59,841 bases of DNA from Treponema sp. (GTDB lineage Bacteria > Spirochaetota > Spirochaetia > Treponematales > Breznakiellaceae): the NCBI GenBank assembly GCA_031273325.1, contig JAISSB010000028.1, positions 1-59,841 on the forward strand, read 5' to 3'. Position 1 is the stretch's first letter; each line of letters starts with the position of its first letter. Below the pieces are notes generated by a model. The model was not told where the DNA came from, did not search any database, and saw only the letters and a list, made by a program, of their open reading frames with translations. The position numbers and the translations under genes were made by a program. Shown here in pieces: positions 59,203 to 59,841 of this stretch.

Positions 59203-59831
59203 TGCACTATGTAGCAAGTTATTTGTATACCTGCAAAAAGCTTGCTACACTATGTAGCAACTCATTTGCACACCTGCAAGAAGCTTGCTACACTCTGTAT
59301 CAAGTTATTTGCGCCTTGCAAAAAGCTTGCTACACTATGTAGCAACTCATGTGCACACCTGCAAGAAGCTTGCTACACTCTGTATCAAGTTATTTGCGCC
59401 TTGCAAGAAGCTTGCTACACTCTGTATCAAGTTATTTGCGCCTTGCAAAAAGCTTGCTACACTATGTAGCAACTCATTTGCACACCTGCAAGAAGCTTGC
59501 TACACTATGTAGTAACTCATTTGCGCCTTGCAAAAAGCTTGCTACACTCTGTAGCAACTCATTTGCACACCTGCAAAAAGCTTGCTACACTCTGTAGCAA
59601 CTCATTTGCACATCTGCAAGAAGCTTGCTACACTCTGTAGCAACTCATGTGCGCCTTGCAAAAAGCTTGCTACACTCTGTAGCAAGTCATGTGCACCTTG
59701 CAAAAAGCTTGCTACACTATGCAGCAACTCATTTGCACACCTGCAAGAAGCTTTCTACACTATGTAGCAAGTCATTTGCATACTTGCAAGAAGCTTTAAC
59801 ACTATGTAGTACGTCATTTGTATATCTGTAA
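59203..59831. repeat. 42/43-bp tandem array (~14 units) with internal inverted repeat
   Basis: AAGCTTGCTACACTMTGTAGCAACTCATTTGCACACCTGCAAG; TTGCTACA-N3-TGTAGCAA. Confidence 0.95.
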
Positions 59832-59841
59832 GAAATATTCT

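Noticed and set aside
59203-59831. TIGR-like guide RNA array
   Set aside because: No unique variable spacer segments and no Nop-domain gene recognised; variation is limited to a few recurring alleles.

Overview
AT-rich bacterial chromosome segment, most likely from a Treponema-like spirochaete, possibly a termite-gut lineage (inferred from BspA LRR, spirochaetal lipoproteins, a DUF1566-type gene and gene content; not verified). It carries housekeeping genes (livH, rsxC, lgt, mutY, cmk, hydG, pgsA, rpsP-khpA-rimM-trmD-rplS, leuA, ftsH, ilvE, dxs) interleaved with accessory islets. The most striking feature is a repeat system. (i) Two ~90% identical RAYT/TnpA(REP)-like HUH Y1 nuclease genes are each bracketed by the motif GGGGACAGACC. 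(ii) About 60 hand-counted copies of that motif (including one-mismatch variants) occur in tandem arrays, inverted pairs and at gene truncation points, almost all intergenic. (iii) Seven tandem arrays (two of them paralogous, the rest sequence-unrelated) share a 21-bp (or 42/43-bp) period, mostly with palindromic cores; most abut motif clusters and three sit just upstream of sigma70-type promoters, including that of an uncharacterised ~220-aa protein family. Other notable items: a cellobiose 2-epimerase-family enzyme with a ~335-aa Q/E/L coiled-coil insertion, three attC-like hairpins, a multi-stem candidate leader RNA, a nuclease-less MmeI-like methyltransferase, a probable tnpB remnant, and a transition-riddled tandem duplication of the livH 3' end. 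No rRNA, tRNA, CRISPR-cas or reverse transcriptase was recognised. All calls are by eye, without database searches.
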